Source: Paramoeba atlantica
Taxonomy: Eukaryota; Protista; Discosea
Assembly (NCBI GenBank): GCA_977017575.1
Contig: CDRNVI010000056.1
Location: 186,001-250,000 of the forward strand
Length of the DNA: 64,000 nucleotides
Direction of reading: 5' to 3'
In this document: piece after piece, positions 1-10,149 of the stretch
How positions within the stretch are numbered: position 1 is the first letter of the stretch
Layout of the letters: each line of letters begins with the position of its first letter
Program-made: the position numbers and the translations under genes
The notes under the pieces: generated by a model
Seen by the model: the letters and a program-made list of their open reading frames with translations, nothing else
What the model was told of the DNA's origin: nothing
Database searches by the model: none

Positions 1-560
1 CTTGTGTGTGGAAACATGTGGAGTGTAGCGATGAGAGAGAGGTGACAAAGATACAATGGCGCAAATACGAAAGCGCATATGGAGACAAAGAGGAGAGAGT
101 CTCTCTACAAGGTTCACTGCGATGGAATTTCCTACCCGACACTCTGATCTCCTTCGATGTTTCCTTGCAGGAGGTTTTGGAGGGGCACGTAGACTTGTCG
201 ATACTACCGGCAAGATTGAAAAAGTTTGACATTGGTAGCAATCAGTTTAGCGGAAGTTTGGATTTAACGCATTTGCCGTCTACTCTGAAAGATTTGCGTT
301 TGGGATGGAATCGTTTTGAAGGTGAAGTTGATCTTACACGCCTCCCCGATACTTTGAAAAATCTCGACCTGTGTCATAATAGTCTGTGCGGAAAACCTGA
401 TCTCACAAAGCTTCCGAAGGCGCTAATGTGGGCCAGGCTCCTTGTCAACAATTTCGTCATACCTGACTTTATTCCGGAAGGTGTTCACATCAAGCCGTAT
501 GTGAGTAGAAGACGACCCTGTGGATTCAATCCGTACAAAGTACGATATAACCATAAATGA
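1..560 (+). CDS. LRR protein, subfamily A, 5' end outside window
   Basis: LRR repeats (LKKFDIGSNQFSGSLDLTHLP, LKDLRLGWNRFEGEVDL); translation identical to the C-terminal 184 aa of 7370..8071. Confidence 0.85.
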   Translation, partial: CVWKHVECSDEREVTKIQWRKYESAYGDKEERVSLQGSLRWNFLPDTLISFDVSLQEVLEGHVDLSILPARLKKFDIGSNQFSGSLDLTHLPSTLKDLRLGWNRFEGEVDLTRLPDTLKNLDLCHNSLCGKPDLTKLPKALMWARLLVNNFVIPDFIPEGVHIKPYVSRRRPCGFNPYKVRYNHK

Positions 561-759
561 TGTATTCTAGCTGTACGTGTACTCTACTTGTATTAAGAAG
601 ACTAAGGCAGAAAGTTATTTCTTTTTCTAGTACTTGTAAATATTTTCTAGTAGTTGTAAATATTGTTTGAAGGCCAAATGGAGGATTTGCAATGTATGTT
701 TTAAACGGAAGGGTGTGTGAAATAAAACTTTGAATAAAAAGTGGGATTGAACGAATAGT
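1..759 (+). repeat. Direct segmental repeat, copy 1 (matches 7512..8270)
   Basis: Constant offset of 7511 with no indel; no mismatch noticed by eye; both copies end at ACGAATAGT and then diverge. Confidence 0.95.
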
Positions 760-775
760 TGTTGTTGTTGTTGTT
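758..775 (+). repeat. (GTT)6 microsatellite at the duplication/retroelement junction
   Basis: GTT x6 read directly; absent from the second copy at 8270. Confidence 0.9.
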
Positions 776-1246
776 GGTAACAAGAGCGCCTGCAATCCCC
801 ACATGCAAACGCCGCAAGTACCACTCCGGCTCCCGAAATTGTTCCGGGTACGGGGACGCAAGGCTCTCCTAGGTCCTTCACCAATGACAGAGAACACTCC
901 GTAGTTAGCCTACCATGTGTCAATCCCACTGGGAGGGTTCCTGATCAAGCACGAGTGCCGCTTTTACGCTTTAGAGTAGTGTAGCTTTTATGTTTCGGAG
1001 GTTCTTCAATTAATTATGCATGTGTAAGCAAGGAATTTACGTAGTGAGACGTCTATGTCAATGTGTGAATGTAGATATTGTGTGGTATATAGAGCATGTA
1101 TTTGTGCACCCGCTCAGGAGAAAACAAAATTATTAAAGGATATTTTGTACAGTATAATGACATGCAGGACCGTAAGTGAAAGTATGAAAATAGCTGATGT
1201 CGTATTCTATTTTACGTTTGTATGCTCAGCGGATACCTAAATGTCT

Positions 1247-2980
1247 TCAGTCTCTTGATATGAATGTGAGGCCCTGTTCTGTGAAAAGTCTCCATGCTTT
1301 CTGCAAGCGTTTCCATGAATTGTACAATCTGAAGTTCAATTCATCACTAGAGAACATCCTTTTCAGACGAGTGCCTATGTCAGCTACATTTTCTTCTGTA
1401 GGTATATCACAAATGATGAGATTACCCGCAAAGCACTCATGCTGGCTGATGACCTCGTCCAAGGGATGCACACGAGAGTACCCCTTGTCAAAAGCACGAG
1501 AAGCCGCGAGATTGTCGCTTGCGATCACCATATTAGCGTATCCATGCTCGGTAGCCATGGTGATCGCTTGTGATATGGCTGTCGCTTCTGCAAGCGCAAT
1601 CGGCAGGTCGCACGACTGCTCGAGTAGGCGGTCCTTACAGATATTTCCGTTTTCCATAGGCCACACCGCCCAGCGAGAGGTGGTTGCATCAACCGCAGTG
1701 TAGAAAACACGTTTCTTGTATGTCAATCTGGAAAACATGGCCCAGTCCCGGGGCTTATTATTCATAGAAAGAACGCGACACATTCCTGCCTGTATCAGAG
1801 ACCGACATGGCTTATCAACCGGTACGCTCCAGTCGGAGATTTCGCCCAAGATACTTTGTTGCTTGGAAATTCGACCTAGATTTCTTGTCGCCACGCCCAG
1901 TATAGCGTAAGCATGGCGCAAGTAACCTGCGAATTGATACAGTTTCCTTGCAGATACAATATCCATACGGCCCGCTGCAAGTGCCCAACTCTTTACAATA
2001 ACTGGGTCTGGTATCCATTTTGCCCTTCCTTCGCTTTGTATGATTTTTATGCCGCAATATGTAAACGAGCAAGTTCTATTTTCCAAAGTCATGTATTTCG
2101 TGACAACGTTGAAAAGCTTGAAATTTCGCTCAAGGCGATAATACCAATCTCTTACTGTTTGTTTACAAGATACGACTAGAAATGAGTCGTATAATAGGGC
2201 AATGAATCCTCCCTGGGATAAACTTATTAGACCTGGAGCTTCAGTGCATTCATATAAGGTTTTATCTACGTTCAAGTCGAGATCTCCCTCTTCTTCGTAT
2301 AGCATTATTGCCCACATAATGCTTTGTGCAATGCCGCATGCATGCTTGTAACCCATCGGTAATACCGCGGGTCGACATATCATAGGTCCATGCTTTATAC
2401 AACAGGCATGTCCAAGACCAGATGAGATCGGTATCTGGTAGTAGCAGTTGCGGATGTCCCCATGCAGAAAACAGAAACCATTCATTGCGCAATCCCCCAA
2501 CCGAACTAGAGCGCGGACGAGTACTTGTGTGCTCGGCACGTGAAAGGGAACACCCTCCCCGACAACACGTTCATTGGTCCAGCGCAAGTCAAAAATTGCT
2601 CGCGAATACGTCCCATCCTTAAGTACTGCTATGTACTTTCCAAACCCTCGGGCCATCTCCTTTGTAGTCGATATCAATACCCCACATTCTTGTAGGTAAC
2701 GAATGTGCCTCCTATACTGGGAGGAGTCTGGCTCAGTCTTTTCAATGTATTGGGTGTCTGGCGGCAAGGGATCAGTGCCTATAAGGGAGATTGCCTGTCG
2801 CGAAAAGGGGAAACGGTCTAGGCCTGCGCTATCTAACCGGATACCACCTACATTTTGTAGAGGGTAGAGAGTATCCGAGTCGTGTGCAAAGCTTCCGCGT
2901 CTGCGAAAATCGCTATCCTCCGGTGCGTAGTACGCATCAAAAGGGGAGGACAGTTCAGAGCTTAGAAGTTCGGTATCCAT
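1247..2980 (-). CDS. Reverse transcriptase / RNase H, DIRS/VIPER type
   Basis: RAIFDLRWTN, HGDIRNCYYQIP, LPMG, LYDS at the YxDD position; RNase H acidic residues in AVDAT, LAEATA, ASDNL, NVADIG. Confidence 0.9.
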   Translation of the reverse strand: MDTELLSSELSSPFDAYYAPEDSDFRRRGSFAHDSDTLYPLQNVGGIRLDSAGLDRFPFSRQAISLIGTDPLPPDTQYIEKTEPDSSQYRRHIRYLQECGVLISTTKEMARGFGKYIAVLKDGTYSRAIFDLRWTNERVVGEGVPFHVPSTQVLVRALVRLGDCAMNGFCFLHGDIRNCYYQIPISSGLGHACCIKHGPMICRPAVLPMGYKHACGIAQSIMWAIMLYEEEGDLDLNVDKTLYECTEAPGLISLSQGGFIALLYDSFLVVSCKQTVRDWYYRLERNFKLFNVVTKYMTLENRTCSFTYCGIKIIQSEGRAKWIPDPVIVKSWALAAGRMDIVSARKLYQFAGYLRHAYAILGVATRNLGRISKQQSILGEISDWSVPVDKPCRSLIQAGMCRVLSMNNKPRDWAMFSRLTYKKRVFYTAVDATTSRWAVWPMENGNICKDRLLEQSCDLPIALAEATAISQAITMATEHGYANMVIASDNLAASRAFDKGYSRVHPLDEVISQHECFAGNLIICDIPTEENVADIGTRLKRMFSSDELNFRLYNSWKRLQKAWRLFTEQGLTFISRD

Positions 2981-3269
2981 TGTTTTGTGTGCGAAGTGCG
3001 TTTGAGATATAATTTATATCATATAATTTATTCTACTATGGGTGATCTATTTCCTACACAGCCACTATCTCCACATTTCTTAACTTTTATAGTTGGTCCA
3101 CTTGTCACAGTTTATTGTGACTTTTACTTCAATGACAGTGTGTAACTGTGTTCCCATATCTCTCGTCCTTCTCGATACGATTCTGCTTATCACCTGTTTA
3201 TCTAAAGTGTTCTAGTGATGCATACATTGTGTGCTTTACAATAATGGGACTGATTGTAAATTATTTATT

Positions 3270-4247
3270 TTATTCCATAGAATAACGTGTTGCAGTGAGT
3301 TCTGACATCCAGCGCCCTCTTCGAAGACGCGTGCTCAGATCAACTCCTTGCCGTGTCAAGTGTCCAGCGCAGCCGTGGCGCAGACAGTGGAACGACCATG
3401 TTTGCTGGCTGTTCCATCCAAATCGCGCGGCCGCGGCCGCTATCAAGCGATTGGCTTGCACCTTGTTCCAAGTCGGAAAGAGGCTTGATGTTGTTGAGAT
3501 TGTTTTGAAGTACCCGAGTAAATGGCGTACTTCAGGTGCTTGTACCGTATCAACGGCAAAGTGGTGACGACCTTTCCCTCCACGAATTTTTATTAGTACA
3601 TCGCTTTCGCTGATTTCCACGTCTGATGTCTGAAGACCTACGAGTTCGGAGTGTCGCAAAAGGCCAAAGTAACCAATTGCAAATCCTTGACCATACGTAA
3701 TCTCTCCCTGGTCAATACAATATGTGGATAGTACGCGAAGCTGGTCACGTGTGATGGAGCCCCGCGGCTTGGGGTCTAAACAAATTTTGAGCACCCCTTT
3801 AAATCGCCTTCGAAATCGAAGGGTTTGCGACCAACACTCGCTCTCTGGAAGGTCCTCAATTTGTCGCCAAACCAGGGCAGCGCGAAATGCTTCCAAGGTG
3901 GAGGGTCTGTAAAATCTCGACATGCTAGCACATAAGGCAAGGAAATTCTCTTCTGCCATGTTGCATGCACCATGGACACCCATAAGGTGTTCCAGGCGAT
4001 AAAAATATTGTGCTCGTTTTTGAGCCGTTCCCGCCGAAACGCCCACCTGAGCGAGCTGTCTATGAATTCCCACTTGAAGAAGAGAACGATACCCTCTCTG
4101 AATTTCTGCATCCCGCGAGGTTCGAGACTCTAGTGTCATGTTGAGTGCTAGAAATGGCGGAACAATAATTACATTATACAGTATGTAGTATACGTATGAT
4201 CTGGAGTTTTCATAAAGTAGACACGTACAACTGGCTACCGTGTGCAA
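3270..4247 (-). CDS. Tyrosine recombinase
   Basis: GLLRHSEL (R), KIRGGKG (K), HCLRHG (HxxR), GRW, ATRY (Y); all catalytic residues present. Confidence 0.92.
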   Translation of the reverse strand: MHTVASCTCLLYENSRSYVYYILYNVIIVPPFLALNMTLESRTSRDAEIQRGYRSLLQVGIHRQLAQVGVSAGTAQKRAQYFYRLEHLMGVHGACNMAEENFLALCASMSRFYRPSTLEAFRAALVWRQIEDLPESECWSQTLRFRRRFKGVLKICLDPKPRGSITRDQLRVLSTYCIDQGEITYGQGFAIGYFGLLRHSELVGLQTSDVEISESDVLIKIRGGKGRHHFAVDTVQAPEVRHLLGYFKTISTTSSLFPTWNKVQANRLIAAAAARFGWNSQQTWSFHCLRHGCAGHLTRQGVDLSTRLRRGRWMSELTATRYSME

Positions 4248-4489
4248 CGATTCTTAAATAGCTGAAGTATATAGGTACTTCGTAATAGAACACTTGTTTA
4301 TAAATATTGTGTCGGCACACTTATCAGCACCCATAATATATTTATCGGCATCCATTTTTAGTATCTTACTACTTTTTCGGGAGTTTTTATCAAATGTACG
4401 TGAAAAATACTTTTCTAGTGTTTGATACGAACGCTTACTTTGCTTTCCACTCGTTCTTTCATACTTATTTTCATTTTGTGGTTCAATGT

Positions 4490-5554
4490 TTATTCATCGC
4501 GCCCGCGTTTGCCATGTCTAGGGAGAAATGGTTTTTCACGGTCGCGATGTTGACTAGCTTTGCAGTTCCGGGCCTGGTGCCCCCTTTTTCCGCAGTTCCA
4601 GCACGTTCCACCAGATGTACTGGAAACCGTTTGTCTAAAGCCATAACGGGGCTTTAAGTCCGGAGGAGCGCCGCGAGCGGATGCGCGTCCTTCAAGATTC
4701 AGACTCGGACGAGAGTGATGTACCTGCGACACCGCACGTGAATGCGCGGCGAGATGCGCAACAATGGACTTGTTGCTCGTATCGACTGAATTGTCCCGCA
4801 TGAGGGATTCCAGCGTTTCACGGGACACTGAGACTCCCTCGTGCCGCAGTCGATACGACATTACGATCGCACCGAGCTTGCACAACAGCGTCCACACGCT
4901 CAGACGAACCCCGTCGTCTTTCGCGTTCGCAAAGGGGACACCTGGTGGAATTTCGGTCAGTGCCTTGGCGTAGTATGCCCAGTCCAAACGTCCTGCGGCA
5001 ACGTCACAAACTTGGCGTTTGACATTCGGAGTAATCCAGGGCTCCGTGCAGAAGCCGGTCTGGGTAAGGCACGTGTGGATCGCCTCCCCGCACCGGGGGT
5101 CTTCTTGGGTCCCGATAATGGATCGAAAAGCCTCGCGGAGGTCTTTAGACGGGTGCTTCGTATTTGCTTCGGGGTGATGCGTCTGAGAGTTCACCGTAGG
5201 TTTTTCGAGAAGAGACGCCTCTTCTGCACCAAGCTCATCACGAAGCGCAACAAGGACTTGCGCGGGCACTTCGCTGCTTGCAAATGTACCATTTTGTACT
5301 GCAGCCAACGCGAGACGAATGCTCCGCGAGCCTGGTACACTGCTGCCTCTTCCCGCGTGCGCGCACGCACGTTCTAGGAGAGGATCGATTGGCATGCGCT
5401 CTTTCGCGAATTGGATTGCCCCGGGAATAACGGTGAGTAAATCCTGACGAACAGTCAGTCCCAGGCGTTTCATTGAGCATATTTGCTTAAATGCCTCCTC
5501 AGCCGAAACAGTGGGTGCTGCAACAGGCACCAATTCGGGGATAGCATCAGACAT
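4490..5554 (-). CDS. Gag-like protein with C-terminal CCHC zinc knuckle (ATG at 5554; ORF open to 5626)
   Basis: CWNCGKRGHQARNC knuckle; first ORF of the element. Confidence 0.8.
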   Translation of the reverse strand: MSDAIPELVPVAAPTVSAEEAFKQICSMKRLGLTVRQDLLTVIPGAIQFAKERMPIDPLLERACAHAGRGSSVPGSRSIRLALAAVQNGTFASSEVPAQVLVALRDELGAEEASLLEKPTVNSQTHHPEANTKHPSKDLREAFRSIIGTQEDPRCGEAIHTCLTQTGFCTEPWITPNVKRQVCDVAAGRLDWAYYAKALTEIPPGVPFANAKDDGVRLSVWTLLCKLGAIVMSYRLRHEGVSVSRETLESLMRDNSVDTSNKSIVAHLAAHSRAVSQVHHSRPSLNLEGRASARGAPPDLKPRYGFRQTVSSTSGGTCWNCGKRGHQARNCKASQHRDREKPFLPRHGKRGRDE

Positions 5555-5865
5555 TGTAGTATTTTGAAAAACGAACAAAGACGTAAAACATGCGTTTTTA
5601 CACTGCTTACGGAGTGAGAAACTCACAGCCGATTACACATTACCTAAAGATTAATCCAACCGTAACAATATCTACATCAAGACGGGGCTATCCTTCAAAT
5701 CAAGCAGCCGTGTAAGCCTAAATTAAACGATAACTTGCATCCCGTGCCGATTCTTGCAAACTAGATATTTTTGAGTCACATCACGACTCATATTACCAAA
5801 GGTTGGAGTTATTAACTCGTCACAAGGTAACCTGACGCGCCGCTTCGTACGGCATTTTCAAACGT

Positions 5866-6420
5866 ATCACAAGCTTAAAAACTGCGCTTGTAACATACAG
5901 AGCGCTTGGCGCACGATCACGGCGCTATATTCCTTGTGTTTAACGTAATTACCGAGCCAATGGGCTCATGTAGTGCGCGGCATGGCAACTACATCACAAA
6001 CTTAAAAGCTACGCTCGTAACATACAGAGCGCTTGGCGCACGATCACGGCGCTATATTCCTTACGTTCAACGTAATTACCGAGCCAATGGGCTCATGTAG
6101 TACTCGGCATGGCAACTACATCACAAACTTAAAAGCTACGCTCGTAACACACAGAGCGCTTGGCGCATGATCACAGCGCTATGTTACTTACGTTCAACGT
6201 AATTACCGAGCCAATGGGCTCATGTAGTGCTCGGCATGGCAACTACATCACAAACTTAAAAGCTACGCTCGTAACATACAGAGCGCTTGGCGCACGATCA
6301 CGGCGCTATGTTCCTTACGTTCAACGTAATTACCGAGCCAATGGGCTCATGTAGTGCTCGGCATGGCAACTACATCACAAACTTAAAAGCTACGCTCGTA
6401 ACACACAGAGCGCTTGGCGC
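5866..6420. repeat. 127-bp tandem repeat, about 4.4 copies
   Basis: Units start ATCACAA at 5866, 5993, 6120, 6247, 6374; near identical; internal palindromes (TACGTTCAACGTA, CCGAGC..GCTCGG). Confidence 0.95.
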
Positions 6421-6602
6421 TCGCTCGCATTACGTGTCATGGATTTTGAGAGATAAAGGAAAACATGCAATGGCAGTACGTGAAACCAGTGCTATGATAT
6501 TTATCGATCTAATTATCTGCATTGTCTATAAATTTATAGATTTTTTTTTTTAAATACTTTCCCCCCTTTCATGCTGCCCATCCCTTACTTAGTATATAGT
6601 AT

Positions 6603-6854
6603 CATCCGACCTCAGCCTCCCACAGGAAGTGTGCATAACATTCCTTGTAGGTAGTCATGCATTACTTCCTTTCGTGGGCATCGGACTCCTTTAACCCTGC
6701 CGGTGCAAAGCAGAGGTCGGATGTAATCCCCCCCCTCATTCGGTCGTATTTCCCCCTAGCCTTCCATCACCTTTCCACATTTCCTGAGAAATGTGGCCCC
6801 GGGCTTTGGACCGGAATTGCAGGGTTAAAGGAGACCGATGCCCACGAAAGGAAG
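6603..6854. ncRNA. Conserved structured element, copy 1 (long stem plus pseudoknot); function unknown
   Basis: 6665-6700 pairs with 6819-6854; 6603-6613 pairs with 6713-6723; paralog at 52279-52605 shows compensatory changes. Confidence 0.5.
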
Positions 6855-7369
6855 CTCAATGTCGATAGCATAGTGTACTTCAATAATTTGCGGATTTCCG
6901 AGAGAACCATAAATTGATCGAACTTTGAATCACTTATTCACCCCCCTTACTTCACCACTCCCCTTACTTCACCAAAAAGTACGGGTTTTGGACCAAAAAT
7001 TGGGGACTAAGTAGGGGGGATAACGGTAACTCACGTAGAATTACGAAATTTGTTGAATTTTACTAAAACAAAACTAAAATTCGGGCCGCTTCGCGGCGCG
7101 TGTATTTCAGAGGCATAAAGATAAAGGGTGCCTTGAAGGGGACACTACATATTCCAAGTATAACGTAACACAACCACCACGCGGTGCAGTGTTTTTGAAT
7201 CCCCCCTGATAGGCAGAATATGGCAGAATACGGCAGATTGAGCGACCGCCTCCCCTCTTTTTGTAAGTTTTATTCCATTTTTTGGAATCAAAAAGAAAGG
7301 AATTGGAATCGTCCATTTCATTTACATTTAGAGAGTAGTACTTTGAACTAACACTCGTACTTCGACACC

Positions 7370-8071
7370 ATGCAACGTGCCGTACGCGTGGCCGATGTCC
7401 CCTCTCGACCCAGTAAGGTGCGAAACGCGGTCCTCCCACAAGAATACAATATGTTTCGACTACTGAGTAACGCCAGTTTTTCTGAGGAATCATGGAACGA
7501 GAAAACGCCTGCTTGTGTGTGGAAACATGTGGAGTGTAGCGATGAGAGAGAGGTGACAAAGATACAATGGCGCAAATACGAAAGCGCATATGGAGACAAA
7601 GAGGAGAGAGTCTCTCTACAAGGTTCACTGCGATGGAATTTCCTACCCGACACTCTGATCTCCTTCGATGTTTCCTTGCAGGAGGTTTTGGAGGGGCACG
7701 TAGACTTGTCGATACTACCGGCAAGATTGAAAAAGTTTGACATTGGTAGCAATCAGTTTAGCGGAAGTTTGGATTTAACGCATTTGCCGTCTACTCTGAA
7801 AGATTTGCGTTTGGGATGGAATCGTTTTGAAGGTGAAGTTGATCTTACACGCCTCCCCGATACTTTGAAAAATCTCGACCTGTGTCATAATAGTCTGTGC
7901 GGAAAACCTGATCTCACAAAGCTTCCGAAGGCGCTAATGTGGGCCAGGCTCCTTGTCAACAATTTCGTCATACCTGACTTTATTCCGGAAGGTGTTCACA
8001 TCAAGCCGTATGTGAGTAGAAGACGACCCTGTGGATTCAATCCGTACAAAGTACGATATAACCATAAATGA
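7370..8071 (+). CDS. LRR protein, subfamily A
   Basis: N-cap SRPSKVRNAVLPQEY..SW..C.WKHVEC followed by about 5 LRRs. Confidence 0.88.
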   Translation: MQRAVRVADVPSRPSKVRNAVLPQEYNMFRLLSNASFSEESWNEKTPACVWKHVECSDEREVTKIQWRKYESAYGDKEERVSLQGSLRWNFLPDTLISFDVSLQEVLEGHVDLSILPARLKKFDIGSNQFSGSLDLTHLPSTLKDLRLGWNRFEGEVDLTRLPDTLKNLDLCHNSLCGKPDLTKLPKALMWARLLVNNFVIPDFIPEGVHIKPYVSRRRPCGFNPYKVRYNHK

Positions 8072-8322
8072 TGTATTCTAGCTGTACGTGTACTCTACTT
8101 GTATTAAGAAGACTAAGGCAGAAAGTTATTTCTTTTTCTAGTACTTGTAAATATTTTCTAGTAGTTGTAAATATTGTTTGAAGGCCAAATGGAGGATTTG
8201 CAATGTATGTTTTAAACGGAAGGGTGTGTGAAATAAAACTTTGAATAAAAAGTGGGATTGAACGAATAGTGTACTTTTTTTAATTTTTTATGAAATCCTT
8301 TTTCGTTCTTCGTATGGTGATA

Positions 8323-8410
8323 CAGGGGTGAAAACTTTCATCTGGGGGGTTTAAAAATTGTAAAATTTTCTCAATTTTGTAGAATAATAACGCAATTTGG
8401 CGTATTTTGA
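8323..8410 (+). mobile_element. Tc1-type terminal inverted repeat remnant
   Basis: TA|CAGGGG start with GGGGG(T)TTAAAAATTGTAAAA similar to the TIRs at 11879, 43637 and 58230. Confidence 0.55.
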
Positions 8411-8744
8411 GTGTATTCAGATGTTCAATAACATCCCTGAGGAACATTTTGAAAAACTCAAAAGGAAACATTGTACTCAGAACAGCTTTAAAGACCTCTT
8501 TCTTATGGTGGAACTGTTCGTTGTTGGTTGGTGGGGAGGCAGAAGGGCAGCCGGATCGTCTCGGAGCGAAATCATTACGGCACCTGGGATGTAAGAGGAC
8601 TCGAAGTCCCTGGCGTTCAGCGCAAGAGCTATGTATTCGACATCCGCTTCCGCGTTTCTACTACTTGGTAGGATGGCTGCTTTTTCAAAAAGGGGGAGAA
8701 TGTCCGTTATTCGCTTTACCTCGGCAATCGCTCCCGGCAACAAG

Positions 8745-8867
8745 CCCCCACCCGGATTCTCCAGCGAACTCCATAGCCGAAAAAACGCCAAGTACCTTTG
8801 CTATTGGTTTCTCTTGGGACCTGACTGGGCTTGCCTGAGTTTGCATTTTACTGGTTTCAGCCCTCTA
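8745..8867. repeat. Dispersed repeat shared with 36488..36607
   Basis: CCAGCGAACTCCATAGCCGAAAAAACGCCAAGTAC...GGGACCTGACTGGG present in both places. Confidence 0.8.
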
Positions 8868-10149
8868 AATAATATTCACGTATTTTCCAAAAATGATTCT
8901 CTTTGCAATCTCTTTGCACTCTCTGCACATGAATGAGAAGTACATTCTGCCACTGGAATGTGTATGCAAAAAAAAATGTGTATGCAAATTTTCGTAATGT
9001 ACTTCTTCCTTGTGTTTCAACTAAACCATGTTCCAGGATAGTGTATACACATGCCCACTTAGTAAACCTAGTAAGTATACTAAGTGTCCCAAGGCCACTT
9101 AGTATACCTCCCCCCCCCTCCCAGCAACAGGAGCGGGAGAAGTCCCTTTTTTAGATGCGACAGAGCAACTTTTCTAGCAATCGTATTTTTTAAGGTCAAA
9201 ACACTATATTTTCTAGCAATGGTAGATAAAAAACGCGCCGCGAAGCGGCGCAAAACTCTTTTTTTGCTTTTTAGACAAAATTTAGTATACCGTACCCACT
9301 TAGTATACCTACTAGGTATATTATCCTGGAACATGGTTTACATCGAAAAGGCCTGGAACTATTCTCAAAATTACAATAGTCCTTCGCGTAGCAGAGACTG
9401 ATTTGGGCTAATTTTTCTCTTATTGGCTTTTATTGGCGAGTGAGATTCCGAAAATAGATTCTATCACTGCAGGAATTAGGATATTAAACGTGTTTGCAGC
9501 GAACACCGGATGACGTCTAACTTATTGTACTCTTCGGTAGGCATTTTTAATCAGGACATCATTCGTTAGGCAATGTGTGGAAGAAGGAAGAAGGAAGGTC
9601 TGCGCCATGGTTCTTAGCCAACGGCGTCATTATTGCTGATGCAACCTTGCATAGGAGGTCCCAGACCACGTTTTTGAGCGCCCCTTCCATCCACTTGGGA
9701 TTCAGGGGACCTTCGCCTCCTTGCACAACTTCCTTCAGAAGTTCACAATCAGTTTCTTGTGTGAGGGCAAAATAAATTCGGTTGCGTATGACGCGTCCTT
9801 TGCTGTTCAAAAACTTTTCATTCTGTAGACCCACACATATCATAAAAAGCTTGGAAAGAACTGGGGTTGAATACGTTCTAAAGGGACCCTAAAGTGGGGG
9901 GTGTTTCTTTTCTTTTTCCTTGGTCTTGGTTGGTTTCACATGCTTTTCTCCCTCATCTAACTCCCGCTTTCGCGCCTGCAGTATTACAGCAACCGAGAGT
10001 AGTACGCACCCATTGATCAATGGATCTTCATAGCTTCCTTCTTGTAGACGTTCTGCACCTTATCTGCTTCTGGTGTACTAGCACCTATGACTTCCATGAC
10101 AGTGGATACAAAGTTCAATTCCTGGGACCCATTTTGGTGCAAGGCAGAA

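Larger units (their letters stand above)
760..6860 (-). mobile_element. Tyrosine-recombinase (DIRS-order, VIPER-like) retrotransposon: gag - YR - RT/RNase H; ends approximate
   Basis: Three co-oriented intact ORFs with CCHC knuckle, R..HxxR..Y recombinase and RT+RNase H motifs; YR upstream of RT as in kinetoplastid VIPER/TATE. Confidence 0.85.

Noticed and set aside
915-950. HDV-like ribozyme on the minus strand (CCC-TCCCAGT-GGG as P3/L3)
   Set aside because: No matching P1 or P2 strands were found nearby
4764-5480. ORFs 4841..5377, 4764..4973, 5238..5480 and similar short ORFs opposite or overlapping LRR and transposase genes
   Set aside because: Shadow frames of better-supported genes with no motifs of their own
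5866-6420. CRISPR-like array
   Set aside because: Whole 127-bp units are repeated; there are no unique spacers and no cas genes
6810-6855. Group I or lariat-capping ribozyme (AATTG..GGGTTAAA, CGAAAGGAAG)
   Set aside because: These bases are tied up in a 36-bp stem, and no P7 G-binding pair or P3-P7 core could be built
8477-8791. CHAT/caspase-like motif LPGAIAEVKRI
   Set aside because: A short match inside a dispersed repeat; no catalytic His-Gly/Cys motifs
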